A DNA stretch of 59,313 nucleotides, filler included, from Nitrospirota bacterium (GTDB taxonomy: Bacteria > JACPQY01): the NCBI GenBank assembly GCA_016180645.1. It is 5 parts of 5 records of this genome, joined end to end, with 100 filler letters (N's around TTAATTAATTAA, not from the genome) between each part and the next. Parts side by side here need not be neighbours in the genome. Positions count along the whole stretch, not along the records: positions 35,633 to 58,182 come from JACPAV010000050.1; 4 more parts are not named here. One strand, given 5' to 3'. The position numbers and the translations under genes were made by a program. A model generated the notes under the pieces. That model worked only from the letters and a program-made list of their open reading frames with translations. It had not been told where the DNA came from and did not search any database. Position 1 is the first letter of the stretch. Each line of letters starts with the position of its first letter. Shown in pieces: positions 38,601-47,975 of this stretch.

Positions 38601-41600
38601 GCCGAATGGTACGGATACAAGATCAGGAAGGTGGACACGTCCGGAACGATTACCACCTACGCGGGTACAGGGAGCCAGGGCTTCTCGGGTGACGGCGGCT
38701 CGGCGACGAGCGCAACATTCAGCTATCCCAACGGACTCGACATGGATTCCCAGGGGAACATATACGTGACCGATGCGGGCAACTCCCGCGTGCGCATGCT
38801 CAATGGCTCATGCGCGCCCTCCACCTCCGGAACATCCGTCAGCGTCACGTGCCCCGCCTCGAACGTCTGCAAGAAAGCCGTCTGCTACCAAAGCACGGAT
38901 GCCGTCTCCAACGCCGAATCCACCGTCTGCTCCGGCACGATCCAAATCGACAAGGAACTGCCCACCAGCACGATCTCTGCACCTTCCAATGGCGCCAATC
39001 TCGCGGCCCTCATCACAGTCAGCGGCACGGCGGCCGACAACTACCCCACCGGCAGCGGCGTGGACTCGGTCGTGGTCGCCCTCCAGCGCACTTCAGACTC
39101 GTACTACTGGGACGGCGCCGCGTGGGCGGTCTCGCAGTCTTGGCTGGCCACCAGCGGCCCCCCCACCGGGTGGAGCCTGGATACCTCCGCGATAACCTGG
39201 TCCGACGGCGGCCACACCATCATCGCGAGGGCAACGGACGTCGCCACAAACGCCCAAAGCCCCGACACCAGCATCTCCTTCACGTTCGACGCCGTCGCCC
39301 CCTCCGCACCGAACGCCGGAAATCTCATCGTCACCATGAGCGCTCCCGGGGCGCAAGATCAAATTTCCGGAACCACAGGCGCCGTCGAAGCCAACGCCAC
39401 CGTCAAGGTCTACTCCGACGGTCTCCTCACCGCGCTGCTTGGCCAGACCACAGCGGCGGGCGACGGCAGCTTCACCGCTTTCAACATCGGCGATAACCAA
39501 GGCGATGGCTCCGATCTCATCTACGTCGTCGCAGTGGACGCGGCAACCAACGTCAGCAGCGCCACCAGCATGCCCAACGACAAGACGCCTCCAACCGCCT
39601 CCATCTCCGGCGAGCCGACGGGCACCAACAACACCACTGTCCTCGCGGTCACGGTCTCTGGCGCCGACGTAACCTTCTACAAGTCCAAGGTCGGCGCCGC
39701 GGGTTCCACCGATTGCACCAGTTCATCGGGCTACAGCGCCGAAGTGACTGTCGCCACCAACATTACGGACAACATCTCGGGCGTCGCCGATGGCAGCGTG
39801 ACCCTCTGCGTCGTGGGCCGCGACGGCGCGGGCAACTACCAGAGCTACGCCTCCGCCACCAGCGCCGGATGGACCAAGGACGCCACAGTTCCTAGCGTCG
39901 GCACGACCAATGACGGCACCGGGGCGGATGTGACATGGTGGACCAGCACGACCAATATGGACGCCAACTGGACCGCGGCCACGGATACCGGCGGCAGCGG
40001 TGTGGCCTCCTACGATTACAACATCAGTTCGTCCACGGCTTGCACGGGGGATGTTCTTGCAACGGCCAACGTCGGCAACGTGCTGTCCAAGAATTCAACG
40101 GGCCTCTCTCTCACCAACGGCAACACCTACAACAACTGCCAACGCCCGATCGACAACGCGGGCAACGTCGGCAGTTGGGCCTACTCGGACGGCGTGACGG
40201 TGGACAATACTCTCCCAACGGCTTCGATCACCACCCCTACGAACAGTGGCGCCTACAACTCGCTCACAACCATTTCCGGCACAGCCTCAGATACGGGGAG
40301 CGGCGTGCAGGACATGACGATCTGGATCCGACGCCTTTCCGACAGCTACTATTGGAGCGGCAGCGCATGGCAGGTTGCCATCGCCTATCTTGGCGCGACG
40401 GGAACGACCTCGTGGAGCTACAACTCTTCCTCCGTAACATGGACGAGCGGCGTCCAATATCAGGTGGAAGGTAACGCACAGGACGTTGCAGGCAACACTC
40501 AGAGCCCCACCAGCTCCAACACGTTCACCTTCGACAACTCCGCCCCCACCTTCGGCGGCGTAAGCACCGCCACGGCAACATCCGACACGACGATCGACCT
40601 AACGTGGACCGCCGCCACGGACGACGTCTCCGCCGGCGGAAACATCAGCTACGACATCTGCGAATCCACCACGGCGGGGTCCTGCGTCAGCTCGTTCACG
40701 GTGAACGCAACCGTCGTCGGCGTGACAACCACCAGCCGCACCGCGCTGAGCGGGGCTACGCGGTACTACTTCGTAGTACGAGCGCGTGACGAAGCCACCA
40801 ACACCGACACCAACACCGTCGAACAATCCGCCACAACGTGGGGAACCACCGGTCTTGCCCAAGCCGTCGCGGGTGGAGAGGACCACGGATGCGCATTGAT
40901 GCTGGATGGCACCGTCAGGTGCTGGGGGAGCAACTCGAATGGTCAAGTGGGTGACGGGACCGCGGGGGCGAACCGGTTGACCCCCGTTGCGGTTTCCACG
41001 CTGACGGGCGCCGTGGCCGTGGCCGCCGGGCGCTATCACAGTTGCGCCGTCCTATCTGACGGCACCGTCAAGTGCTGGGGGATCAACACTCAGGGTCAGC
41101 TAGGGGATGGGACGGTTTCACAGAGGAATACCCCCGTGGCCGTCTCTACCCTCACCAACACCGTGGCCATCGCCTCCGGATACCTCCATATGTGCGCACT
41201 GATTTCGGATGGGTCCGTGAATTGCTGGGGAGCAAACAACAACGCCAACCTTGGGGATGGAACGTCGGTGGACAGAACCACCCCGGTGGCGGTCTCCTCG
41301 CTGACCGGAATCGTGGGCCTCGGCATGGGAGCCTACCACTCCTGCGCACTCGTGTCCGACGGGACAGTGAGATGCTGGGGAAGCAATTCGTCGGGCGAGA
41401 TTGGAGACGGCGTGACGAGCGGCCTCAGGATGACCCCCGTGGCGGTTTCCACGCTTTCGACCGCGATTGCCTTGGAAGGCGGCTACGGTCACTCCTGTGC
41501 CCTTATCAATGACGGATCCGTCAAGTGTTGGGGACTCAACAGCCTTGGCCAACTTGGAGACGGGACCGGGTCGAACAAAACGACACCGGTGGCTGTTTCA

Positions 41601-43031
41601 ACGCTCACGGGGGCCGTCGCCATAGGGGGCGGTGAGGAAAGGGCTTGCGCGCTCCTCTCGGATGGCACGGTCAGATGTTGGGGCCGCAATGTCAGCGGCG
41701 AACTCGGGGATGGCACCACGGTGAACAAGAACACCCCTGTGGCTGTTTCCACGCTTACAAATGCCGTGGCCATGGCCGCCGGGACCTTCTTCAACTGTGC
41801 GCTCAGAGCGGATGGAGAGGTGGCATGCTGGGGCAAGAACCAGCTTGGCGACCTTGGGGATGGGACGTCCGTGGATAGGTGGACACCCGTAGCCGTGTCG
41901 TTCACGGCCGGCACCATGGGAGTCAGGCTCCCGCGCCTGACCTACGGCACCGCCTCCGGCGCCCCCGCCCGCCCCTTCCGCGAAGGCCTCTCCACCCACC
42001 TCGGCAATCACACCTGCTCTCTCATCTCCGATGGAACGGTCAAATGCTGGGGATCCAACGCCTTCGGCCAACTGGGCGACGGAACGACCGCGGACAAGTC
42101 GACGCCTGTCCCGGTGACGTCGCTTTCCAGCGTCATCGGGATGACGGGGGGCTCCTCTCACACCTGTTCCCTTCTTTCCGACGGCACGGTGAAATGCTGG
42201 GGACGGAATAACCTCGGTCAGCTTGGGGACGGGACGACCGCGAACAAGACGACCCCCGTCAGTCTGTCCGCGCTGAGCGCGGCTGTCGCCGTAGCGGGGG
42301 GCGGCGATCACACCTGTGCACTTCTTTCCGACGGCACGGTGAAATGCTGGGGGCGCAATGTCTACGGTCAGCTTGGGGACGGGACGACCGCGAACAAGAC
42401 GACCCCCGTCAGTGTGTCCGCGCTGAGCGCGGCTGTCGCCGTAGCGGGGGGCGGCGATCACACCTGTGCACTTGCATCGGGTGGAACGGTCAACTGCTGG
42501 GGTTCTAATGGCTCTGGTCAACTGGGAGACGGAACGGGTGCGGGAAAGACCACCCCCGTCGCCGTCTCCAGCCTCTCGAGCGTCGTGGCGGTGACCGGGG
42601 GCTTTGATCACACCTGCTCTCTCATCTCCGACGGCACGGTGAAATGCTGGGGGTACAATGGCGTCGGTCAGGTTGGGGACGGCACGACCGCGGATAGGTG
42701 GACGCCTGTCCCGGTGACGTCGCTTTCGAGCGTCATCGGGATGGCGGGGGGATACTCTCACACCTGTTCCCTTCTTCCCGATGGCACGGTCAAATGCTGG
42801 GGGTACAATAGCACCGGTCAGCTTGGGGACGGCACGACCGCCGATCGCCTCACACCCGTCGCCACTTCCTCACTGAGCGGTGTCTTGGCCGTGTCAGGGG
42901 GTGAGCAGCACACGTGCGGCCTTTTGTCGAACGGCACGGTCAAATGCTGGGGATGGAATATTGTTGGTCAACTGGGGGATGGGACCACCGCCAACAAATC
43001 CACCCCCGTCCCGGTAACCAATCTTCCGTAA
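35634..43031 (+). CDS. Giant extracellular/surface protein, 5' truncated: multiple Ig-like domains, NHL propeller, FN3 and two 7-bladed RCC1 propellers
   Basis: Frame open from the contig edge; V.A.D.AGN Ig repeats; GDGG.ATSA/AVDS.GN.Y NHL repeats; 14 G.V.CWG.N..GQLGDG RCC1 repeats. Confidence 0.88.
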   Translation, partial: SGLTDGLHTVCVRSVDDAQNPDASPACYEWEIDTTPPAAPDAQMLTLTMNPPMTDDTLEGGPNAVEPNVSVEIYADALLTTQVGQELSLPDGSFPAAPVGDNASADLYVVAVDVAGNYSAPTAISNDIDGPDTQITVSPPDPDSNPSPTFQFSESGGPDPSTPLTFECSEDLAAWTTCTSPAVAGPFADGPHKFDVRAFDAAGNVTLAPATYSWTIDSGPPETTIDSTSPAADPTNVNSLLVYFSSNDPGATFDCDLDGGGYAPCTSPESETGLLDGNHTVYVRATDTALNTDPTPATYTWTVDTIAPPVPNAGNITVTMNAPGTNDEISGSAGAVEANAEVKVYADGLLTALITQDFALGDGSFGPKAIGDNMADGSDLVYVVAVDAAGNMSSATSTTNDITPPIAPTLSTPADGAYVNDTTPTLVWSSPGDANTREVQIASDGIFTSIEDSATGLGSDLFGTTTLAAGTHYWQVRVLDAAGNVGSYAGAFSFNVDATPPSAGTVAPSNTATATHVGGTFDISTTFSDSNGITGCEDCVSTDGTCDTEWTAATWTSGPDTCDSTGQTCSNGQSLTINMRATDSAGNVGTATPVSRTCDTAGPTTSDDAPVGWQGADVTVTLTPSDAGSGVASTVSCADGSDTCSPATSGTSVPMVCNPNSVCTQYVRYQSTDNLGNVQTVVSKTIQIDLEKPTTTDDAPAGWQTADTNVTLTPADGLGSGVASTNYCIADPAPPTISTFAGTGTGGFSGDTGAATSAQVSFVLGDEKADLAVDSAGNVYVADSSNYRVRKIAAGTGIITTVAGNGSSTHSGDGGAATSAGMGGYVEGVAVDSTGNIYLSNWGSHTVRKVDTGGTITTYAGTPNTSGNTGDGGPATSATLYYPKGLAVDTAGNLFISDYGNGAIRKVDTGGTITTVASGIGTYDVAVDSAGNLYIAGGAYVSKRDTGGTVTTFAGNGTNASTGDGGPATSAGLYYARAVTVDSSGNVYIAEWYGYKIRKVDTSGTITTYAGTGSQGFSGDGGSATSATFSYPNGLDMDSQGNIYVTDAGNSRVRMLNGSCAPSTSGTSVSVTCPASNVCKKAVCYQSTDAVSNAESTVCSGTIQIDKELPTSTISAPSNGANLAALITVSGTAADNYPTGSGVDSVVVALQRTSDSYYWDGAAWAVSQSWLATSGPPTGWSLDTSAITWSDGGHTIIARATDVATNAQSPDTSISFTFDAVAPSAPNAGNLIVTMSAPGAQDQISGTTGAVEANATVKVYSDGLLTALLGQTTAAGDGSFTAFNIGDNQGDGSDLIYVVAVDAATNVSSATSMPNDKTPPTASISGEPTGTNNTTVLAVTVSGADVTFYKSKVGAAGSTDCTSSSGYSAEVTVATNITDNISGVADGSVTLCVVGRDGAGNYQSYASATSAGWTKDATVPSVGTTNDGTGADVTWWTSTTNMDANWTAATDTGGSGVASYDYNISSSTACTGDVLATANVGNVLSKNSTGLSLTNGNTYNNCQRPIDNAGNVGSWAYSDGVTVDNTLPTASITTPTNSGAYNSLTTISGTASDTGSGVQDMTIWIRRLSDSYYWSGSAWQVAIAYLGATGTTSWSYNSSSVTWTSGVQYQVEGNAQDVAGNTQSPTSSNTFTFDNSAPTFGGVSTATATSDTTIDLTWTAATDDVSAGGNISYDICESTTAGSCVSSFTVNATVVGVTTTSRTALSGATRYYFVVRARDEATNTDTNTVEQSATTWGTTGLAQAVAGGEDHGCALMLDGTVRCWGSNSNGQVGDGTAGANRLTPVAVSTLTGAVAVAAGRYHSCAVLSDGTVKCWGINTQGQLGDGTVSQRNTPVAVSTLTNTVAIASGYLHMCALISDGSVNCWGANNNANLGDGTSVDRTTPVAVSSLTGIVGLGMGAYHSCALVSDGTVRCWGSNSSGEIGDGVTSGLRMTPVAVSTLSTAIALEGGYGHSCALINDGSVKCWGLNSLGQLGDGTGSNKTTPVAVSTLTGAVAIGGGEERACALLSDGTVRCWGRNVSGELGDGTTVNKNTPVAVSTLTNAVAMAAGTFFNCALRADGEVACWGKNQLGDLGDGTSVDRWTPVAVSFTAGTMGVRLPRLTYGTASGAPARPFREGLSTHLGNHTCSLISDGTVKCWGSNAFGQLGDGTTADKSTPVPVTSLSSVIGMTGGSSHTCSLLSDGTVKCWGRNNLGQLGDGTTANKTTPVSLSALSAAVAVAGGGDHTCALLSDGTVKCWGRNVYGQLGDGTTANKTTPVSVSALSAAVAVAGGGDHTCALASGGTVNCWGSNGSGQLGDGTGAGKTTPVAVSSLSSVVAVTGGFDHTCSLISDGTVKCWGYNGVGQVGDGTTADRWTPVPVTSLSSVIGMAGGYSHTCSLLPDGTVKCWGYNSTGQLGDGTTADRLTPVATSSLSGVLAVSGGEQHTCGLLSNGTVKCWGWNIVGQLGDGTTANKSTPVPVTNLP

Positions 43032-43043
43032 ACCTGCGATCAG

Positions 43044-43214
43044 ACGAGACTTCGTAGGGGACGAGTCTTCGTAGGGGAGCAGCTTTAGCTGCTCCCTCCT
43101 CTCGGGAGGACCTAAAGGTCCTCCCCTACAATTCATCCGCCTCGCTGGATAATCGGTGACAGTATACTCTATTTCTATCTTCTCCTGGTAGCCGCGCCCT
43201 TTACGGGTGCGTCT
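43044..43214. repeat. Repeat hot-spot: GTAG REP doublet, half of the 17637 palindrome and a further GTAG REP
   Basis: GTAGGGGAGCAGCTTTAGCTGCTCCC..GGGAGGACCTAAAGGTCCTCCCCTAC; GGATAATCGGTGACAGTATACTCTATT; GTAGCCGCGCCCTTTACGGGTGCG. Confidence 0.8.
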
Positions 43215-43275
43215 GTAGATCCCACGCCTACCCTCACACCACTCTCCCCGCGTCACCCCCATTCCCTTGAGCACC

Positions 43276-43304
43276 TTGCCCTTGTTCCCCTCTACCGGTA
43301 GAAT
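43276..43304 (+). promoter_or_regulatory. Putative sigma70 promoter giving a leaderless transcript
   Basis: TTGCCC-N17-TAGAAT ends 6 nt before ATG 43311; no Shine-Dalgarno. Confidence 0.55.
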
Positions 43305-43310
43305 ACGGGC

Positions 43311-43709
43311 ATGGCAAAAAAGGGGAACGGGCAAGCAGAAATGACCGAGCTGATGCGCCAGCTCCTTGGCGAGTTCGTTCTGGTCCGAACCGAGATCACT
43401 TCGCTTCGGAAAACCGTGGAGGAGCAGGGGCAGATCCTTCGTGAACACGGCCAGATCCTACGCGAACACGGCCAGATCCTACGCGAACACGGCAAGGCAC
43501 TCGGCGAAATCCGACAGGATATTCGGGACATGAAGGGCGATATGCACGTCATGCAAGGCGACATCCGAACCATGCAGGGCGACATCCGCCAGCTCAATCA
43601 GAACATGGCTCAGGTCGCAAAATTTGTGGGCGAGGATCGAGCGCGTCAGGACAAAAGAATCGACGGGATCGAACTCCGCGTCGAAGCCCTCGAACACAAA
43701 GCCGCCTGA
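43311..43709 (+). CDS. Hypothetical heptad-repeat coiled-coil protein
   Basis: EHGQILR-type and MQGDIR-type 7-aa repeats encoded by 21-bp tandem repeats. Confidence 0.75.
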   Translation: MAKKGNGQAEMTELMRQLLGEFVLVRTEITSLRKTVEEQGQILREHGQILREHGQILREHGKALGEIRQDIRDMKGDMHVMQGDIRTMQGDIRQLNQNMAQVAKFVGEDRARQDKRIDGIELRVEALEHKAA

Positions 43710-43844
43710 TCCTTCCCAGAATCCGGGCCTTTCAAGGCCCGGAGCGTCACACCCCCACTCACAGCAACGGCCTTCAGGCCGAAAATCCTGAAAAGTTGAC
43801 CCCGGTCATGCTTTTATGGCAGCTTGGATGACATCCTGACCGCC

Positions 43845-44309
43845 ATGGTGTTCAAGAAGATCCTCGTGCCCGTGGACTTCTCCCGCGGCTCCGTGATGAC
43901 CGTTTCCAAAGTGTCCGAGTTGGCCAAACAACTCTCCTCCAAGCTCATCCTCCTCTTCGTCGAAATCGATCCCATGGTCGGCATCCCCCAACAAGAACAC
44001 CTCGCCGAGATCGGCCCCCCCCTCCGGATCGCGATGGACAAGTTCGAACACACCTACCAGGAACGGCTCAAGAAGACCTACGATCCCCAAGTGAAGGGCG
44101 TCGAGACGGAGTTCCTGGTGGTGAGAGGAAACCCGGCCATGGAGATCGCACAGCAGGCCGAGAAGCTGGGAGCAGACATCATTATCATGCCTCTCCGAAG
44201 CTCCACGCTCTTCAAGAAGCTCGTCCTGGGCAGCACCACGGACCACGTTCTCAAAACCGCACCCTGCCCGGTCCTGGTTCTCCCCCCGCCACCCGTTGTT
44301 CTCTCATAG
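43845..44309 (+). CDS. Universal stress protein
   Basis: FKKILVPVDFS, G.PA.EI...A....ADIIIM, LGSTTDHVL..APCPVLV. Confidence 0.92.
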   Translation: MVFKKILVPVDFSRGSVMTVSKVSELAKQLSSKLILLFVEIDPMVGIPQQEHLAEIGPPLRIAMDKFEHTYQERLKKTYDPQVKGVETEFLVVRGNPAMEIAQQAEKLGADIIIMPLRSSTLFKKLVLGSTTDHVLKTAPCPVLVLPPPPVVLS

Positions 44310-44327
44310 GCTGAAAGCTGACGGCTG

Positions 44328-46289
44328 ATGACTGAAAGCTCCCCAGAAACCAAAGGCATCCGCACAGTCACCGACGGTACCGGCGCCGCCGTCTGGGTCG
44401 AAACACAAATCTGCGATGGCGCCGCCGCCTACCCCATCACCCCCTCCTCCAACATGGGTGAGGGCTTCCAACGCGCGGTGGCCGACGGAAAAATCAATCT
44501 CTGGGGCGAGAAACTCTACTTCATGGAACCCGAATCGGAACACTCCTCCGCCTCCGTGTGCGAAGGCTTCGCCGCCGCCGGCGGCCGCGTGGTCAACTTC
44601 ACCTCGGGCCAGGGACTCATCCTCATGAAAGAAGTCCTCTACACAATCGTCGGCAAGCGACTCCCCGTCGTTTTCCATATCGCGTCCCGTCCCATGACCG
44701 TCCACGCCCTCAACGTCCACTGCGGACACGACGACGTGATGGGTGTAACGGACGTCGGCTGGGGCATCGTCTTCGCGCGGAACGTCCAAGAGGTGGCCGA
44801 CCTCGCCCTGATCGCCCGTCGGGCCGCGGAGGATTCCGAAACGCCCTTCCTTGTTGTGCAGGACGGCTTCCTGACCAGCCACACACTGGAAACCATCCAT
44901 CTTCCGGAACCTGAACTCATGCGCGAATTCGTCGGTCACCCGCGCGAACGCGTCCGAAACCTCCTCGATCCCAACCGTGCCCTTCAAGTGGGAGTCGTCC
45001 AGAATCAGGATGCCTACATGAAAGGCCGCATCGCCCAACGCATGTTTTCGGACAAAGTCGCCGGAATATTGCAGAAGGCCGTTGAAGCGTACGCCGACAA
45101 AACCGGGCGCCGGCTGGGCGCCGTCCACACCTACCGGATGGAGGATGCCGAATACGCCCTCGTAGGCATGGGCTCCCTCACGGAGACGGCTGAAGCCACC
45201 GCCGACTTTCTTCGTGAGCGCCGGAATCTGAAGGTCGGTGTGGTGGCCGTGCGCACCTTCCGGCCCTTTCCCTCCAAGGACATCGTTGGAGCGCTGGAGA
45301 AAGTCAAAGGCTTTGTGGTCGTCGAAAGAACCGACGAACCTCTTTCCCAATCGAACCCGTTGCTCTCTCAGATCAAGGGAGCGTTTTACGATCAAGCGGT
45401 CCTGACCTCGGCAAACGGACGCAAGGCCGCCCTGCCCCACACCCTGTCCGCCTCCGCCGGAATGGGATCGCGCGACGTTCGGCCGGAAGATCTCATCGGG
45501 TGCATCGAGCAGCTTCGGGAACAGTCCGACCCCCGGCAAGGTCATCCCGAACCGCTCACCACCCGCGCCCTCGGGATCCTGCACACCGATTCCGTGAAAC
45601 GCGGCGATCTCCTGGATCTCCATCCCGCCGGCTCGTTCCGGCTCCGAGGTCACTCCGTCGGCGGCTACGGATCGATCACGACCAACAAGATCATCGCCAC
45701 CATCGTAAGCGAAGTCTTCAACCTCTGTGTCCAGGCGTACCCGCGATACGGAGGCGAAAAGAAGGGCCTCCCCACGAATTACTACCTCGTCGCCGCCAAG
45801 GAACCCGTCCGTATCCATTCCGAACTCAAACACGTCGATTTCGTGGCGCTCAACGATGCCGCCGCGTTTCACACGTCGAATCCAATGGCCGGTCTCCGAC
45901 CGCAAGGAACGATCTTCATGCACACGGACATCGAAAACCCGGAGCAGGTCTGGGCACAGATCCCCGAAAACGCGCGCCGGAAGATCGCCTCGGACGGCCT
46001 CCGCGTTTTGTACCTCGATACCGTCAAACTCGCTCGCGAGACGGCCCCCAGGGCCGACCTCATGCAACGGATGCAGGGAATCGCGCTCATTGGCGTGTTT
46101 CTCAAAGTCTGCCCGTTCAAGACCGGTCTCTCGGAAGACGAACTCTTCGCGCAGACCGAGAAGGCACTCTCGAAATATGTGGGCAAACGAGGCGCGGAAG
46201 TGGTGAAGGCCAACATGCTGGCCATCCGCCGGGCCTATGCCGAGGTTCACACGCTCCCGCTCCCGGAAGCCAAGGCCGCCGTGGCGTAA
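44328..46289 (+). CDS. Pyruvate/2-oxoacid:ferredoxin oxidoreductase, alpha+gamma fusion subunit
   Basis: AYPITPSS, ESEHSSAS, FTSGQGLILM, GHSVGGYG, YGGEKKG. Confidence 0.9.
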   Translation: MTESSPETKGIRTVTDGTGAAVWVETQICDGAAAYPITPSSNMGEGFQRAVADGKINLWGEKLYFMEPESEHSSASVCEGFAAAGGRVVNFTSGQGLILMKEVLYTIVGKRLPVVFHIASRPMTVHALNVHCGHDDVMGVTDVGWGIVFARNVQEVADLALIARRAAEDSETPFLVVQDGFLTSHTLETIHLPEPELMREFVGHPRERVRNLLDPNRALQVGVVQNQDAYMKGRIAQRMFSDKVAGILQKAVEAYADKTGRRLGAVHTYRMEDAEYALVGMGSLTETAEATADFLRERRNLKVGVVAVRTFRPFPSKDIVGALEKVKGFVVVERTDEPLSQSNPLLSQIKGAFYDQAVLTSANGRKAALPHTLSASAGMGSRDVRPEDLIGCIEQLREQSDPRQGHPEPLTTRALGILHTDSVKRGDLLDLHPAGSFRLRGHSVGGYGSITTNKIIATIVSEVFNLCVQAYPRYGGEKKGLPTNYYLVAAKEPVRIHSELKHVDFVALNDAAAFHTSNPMAGLRPQGTIFMHTDIENPEQVWAQIPENARRKIASDGLRVLYLDTVKLARETAPRADLMQRMQGIALIGVFLKVCPFKTGLSEDELFAQTEKALSKYVGKRGAEVVKANMLAIRRAYAEVHTLPLPEAKAAVA

Positions 46290-46300
46290 GGGAAAGAACC

Positions 46301-47848
46301 ATGCAGGACGTAATCGACCTCGAATACTTTCACAACGAAGTCATGACCGCCTACGGCGAAGGCCGCGGGGACGACGAACTTCCCGCCGAAACCGCCCTCG
46401 CACGGAGCATCGTCCCTCCCGCCACGGGCGAACTCCGCGATTTCTCCTACATTGCGCCCGACATTCCGATTCTCGATCCCGCCAAGTGCATCGGGTGCAT
46501 GGAATGCGTGGCTGAATGCCCGGATACCGCCATTCTTGCCCGCGTATCCCCCGAGAACGTCTACAACGACATCATCCGCAATCTCCACGCTCCGTCAGAC
46601 GCTGAGAGCATCAAATCCCGATCGGTCACAACCACGAAATACGGAAAGGTCATGGCCAAGAAGGGGAAACCGCCGGGCCAATTCGTCCTCTGGGTCGATC
46701 CCACCAAGTGCAAGGGATGCGGCGAATGCGTTGAAGTCTGCGGCACGAACTACGCCCTCACCATGGTCAAAAAAACGCCCCCCATGCTGGAAGAACACCG
46801 GCGCGCCAACCTTCTAATCCGGGATCGATTCCCCGATACGCCGGAGGACTACGTCAACGAGAAGACGCTGGCCGACATGATGCTCGTTCAGAAAGGGCTC
46901 GCGTACGTGGGCGGCGCCGGATCCTGCATGGGATGCGGCGAAGCAACGGCCATTCGCATGATGACGTCGGCCACAACCTTCGTGTACGGCGAGCGGTCGA
47001 TGTGCGTCGTCGCGGCCACGGGATGCAATACCGTCTTCGGCTCCACCTTTCCCTACAATCCTTACAAAGTGAGTTGGATCAACTCCCTGTTCGAGAATTG
47101 CGCCACGGTGGCCATCGGTGTGCGTGGAATGTACGACCGCCTCGGGTTCAAGCGCCACCGAATTTGGGCGCTGGGCGGCGATGGAGCCATGGCCGACATC
47201 GGCTTCCAAGCCCTCTCCCGAATGCTCACCACGGGACAGGACATCAAGTGCATGATCGTGGATACGCAGGTCTACTCCAATACCGGCGGCCAGGCCTCAT
47301 CACAAACCTTCATCGGACAGGATGCCAAGATGTCCGCGTTCGGCCGCGAGATCGGAGGCAAGACCGAGCGGAAAAAAGAACTCGGCACCATCCTCATGAT
47401 GCATCCGGACGTCTACGTCGCTCAAACCACTCCCGCCCACATCACTCACTTTTATCGATCCATCCTGGCCGCCAACGAGTACGCCGGACCGGCCGTCGTG
47501 ATCGCCTACGCCGCCTGCCAAGTCGAACACGGAATCGGCGATGAAGCCGCCTTCCGACAGGCGAAACTCGCGACCGACTCGCGCGCCTTCCCGCTCTTCA
47601 CGTACGACCCCCGCCGAGGATCCTCGATGAAAGAACGGCTGTCTCTCCAAGGCAATCGGTCGATTGAGGGTGATTGGGTCACCGGAAAAGACGGCAAGGA
47701 AATCAAGTTCGTCGATTGGGCCCGGTCGGAGGGCCGCTTCGCCAAACATTTCGGAGCAAACGGTGAACCGTCGGAAACCGTTCTCAAGGCTCAGGAAGAT
47801 CGCCTCCGATACTGGAAGCTTCTCAAAGAACTCGCCGGAGCGGCGTAG
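46301..47848 (+). CDS. Pyruvate/2-oxoacid:ferredoxin oxidoreductase, ferredoxin(delta)+TPP-binding beta fusion subunit
   Basis: CIGCMECVAECP and CKGCGECVEVC; GSCMGCGE, ATGC, GGDG, DTQVYSNTGGQ. Confidence 0.9.
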   Translation: MQDVIDLEYFHNEVMTAYGEGRGDDELPAETALARSIVPPATGELRDFSYIAPDIPILDPAKCIGCMECVAECPDTAILARVSPENVYNDIIRNLHAPSDAESIKSRSVTTTKYGKVMAKKGKPPGQFVLWVDPTKCKGCGECVEVCGTNYALTMVKKTPPMLEEHRRANLLIRDRFPDTPEDYVNEKTLADMMLVQKGLAYVGGAGSCMGCGEATAIRMMTSATTFVYGERSMCVVAATGCNTVFGSTFPYNPYKVSWINSLFENCATVAIGVRGMYDRLGFKRHRIWALGGDGAMADIGFQALSRMLTTGQDIKCMIVDTQVYSNTGGQASSQTFIGQDAKMSAFGREIGGKTERKKELGTILMMHPDVYVAQTTPAHITHFYRSILAANEYAGPAVVIAYAACQVEHGIGDEAAFRQAKLATDSRAFPLFTYDPRRGSSMKERLSLQGNRSIEGDWVTGKDGKEIKFVDWARSEGRFAKHFGANGEPSETVLKAQEDRLRYWKLLKELAGAA

Positions 47849-47953
47849 TCGCATCGTCCTTCGCCCCGCTGAGCGGGGCCTCACTCGCAATGACGTTCGC
47901 GGGTCATTGCGAGGCGGATCCCCGCCGTGCGGCGGGGATGCCGTGGCAATCTC
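47849..47953. repeat. Palindromic repeat (CTCGCAATGAC / GTCATTGCGAG...GTGGCAATCTC family) between convergent genes
   Basis: 11-bp inverted repeat at 47884-47894 / 47903-47913 plus flanking GC hairpins. Confidence 0.7.
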
Positions 47954-47975
47954 ATGGATCCCATCCGGCCTTGAC

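Noticed and set aside
42005-42830. Diversity-generating retroelement TR/VR pair
   Set aside because: All repeat copies are coding blades of one gene, the differences are not evidently adenine-specific, and there is no reverse transcriptase in the window.
45500-46300. N-terminal extension of the PFOR beta subunit in the ORF track (likewise 2577-2879, 31900-32175, 50452-50688, 51515-51853)
   Set aside because: They overlap upstream genes in another frame; downstream starts with an RBS or stop/start coupling fit the family lengths.
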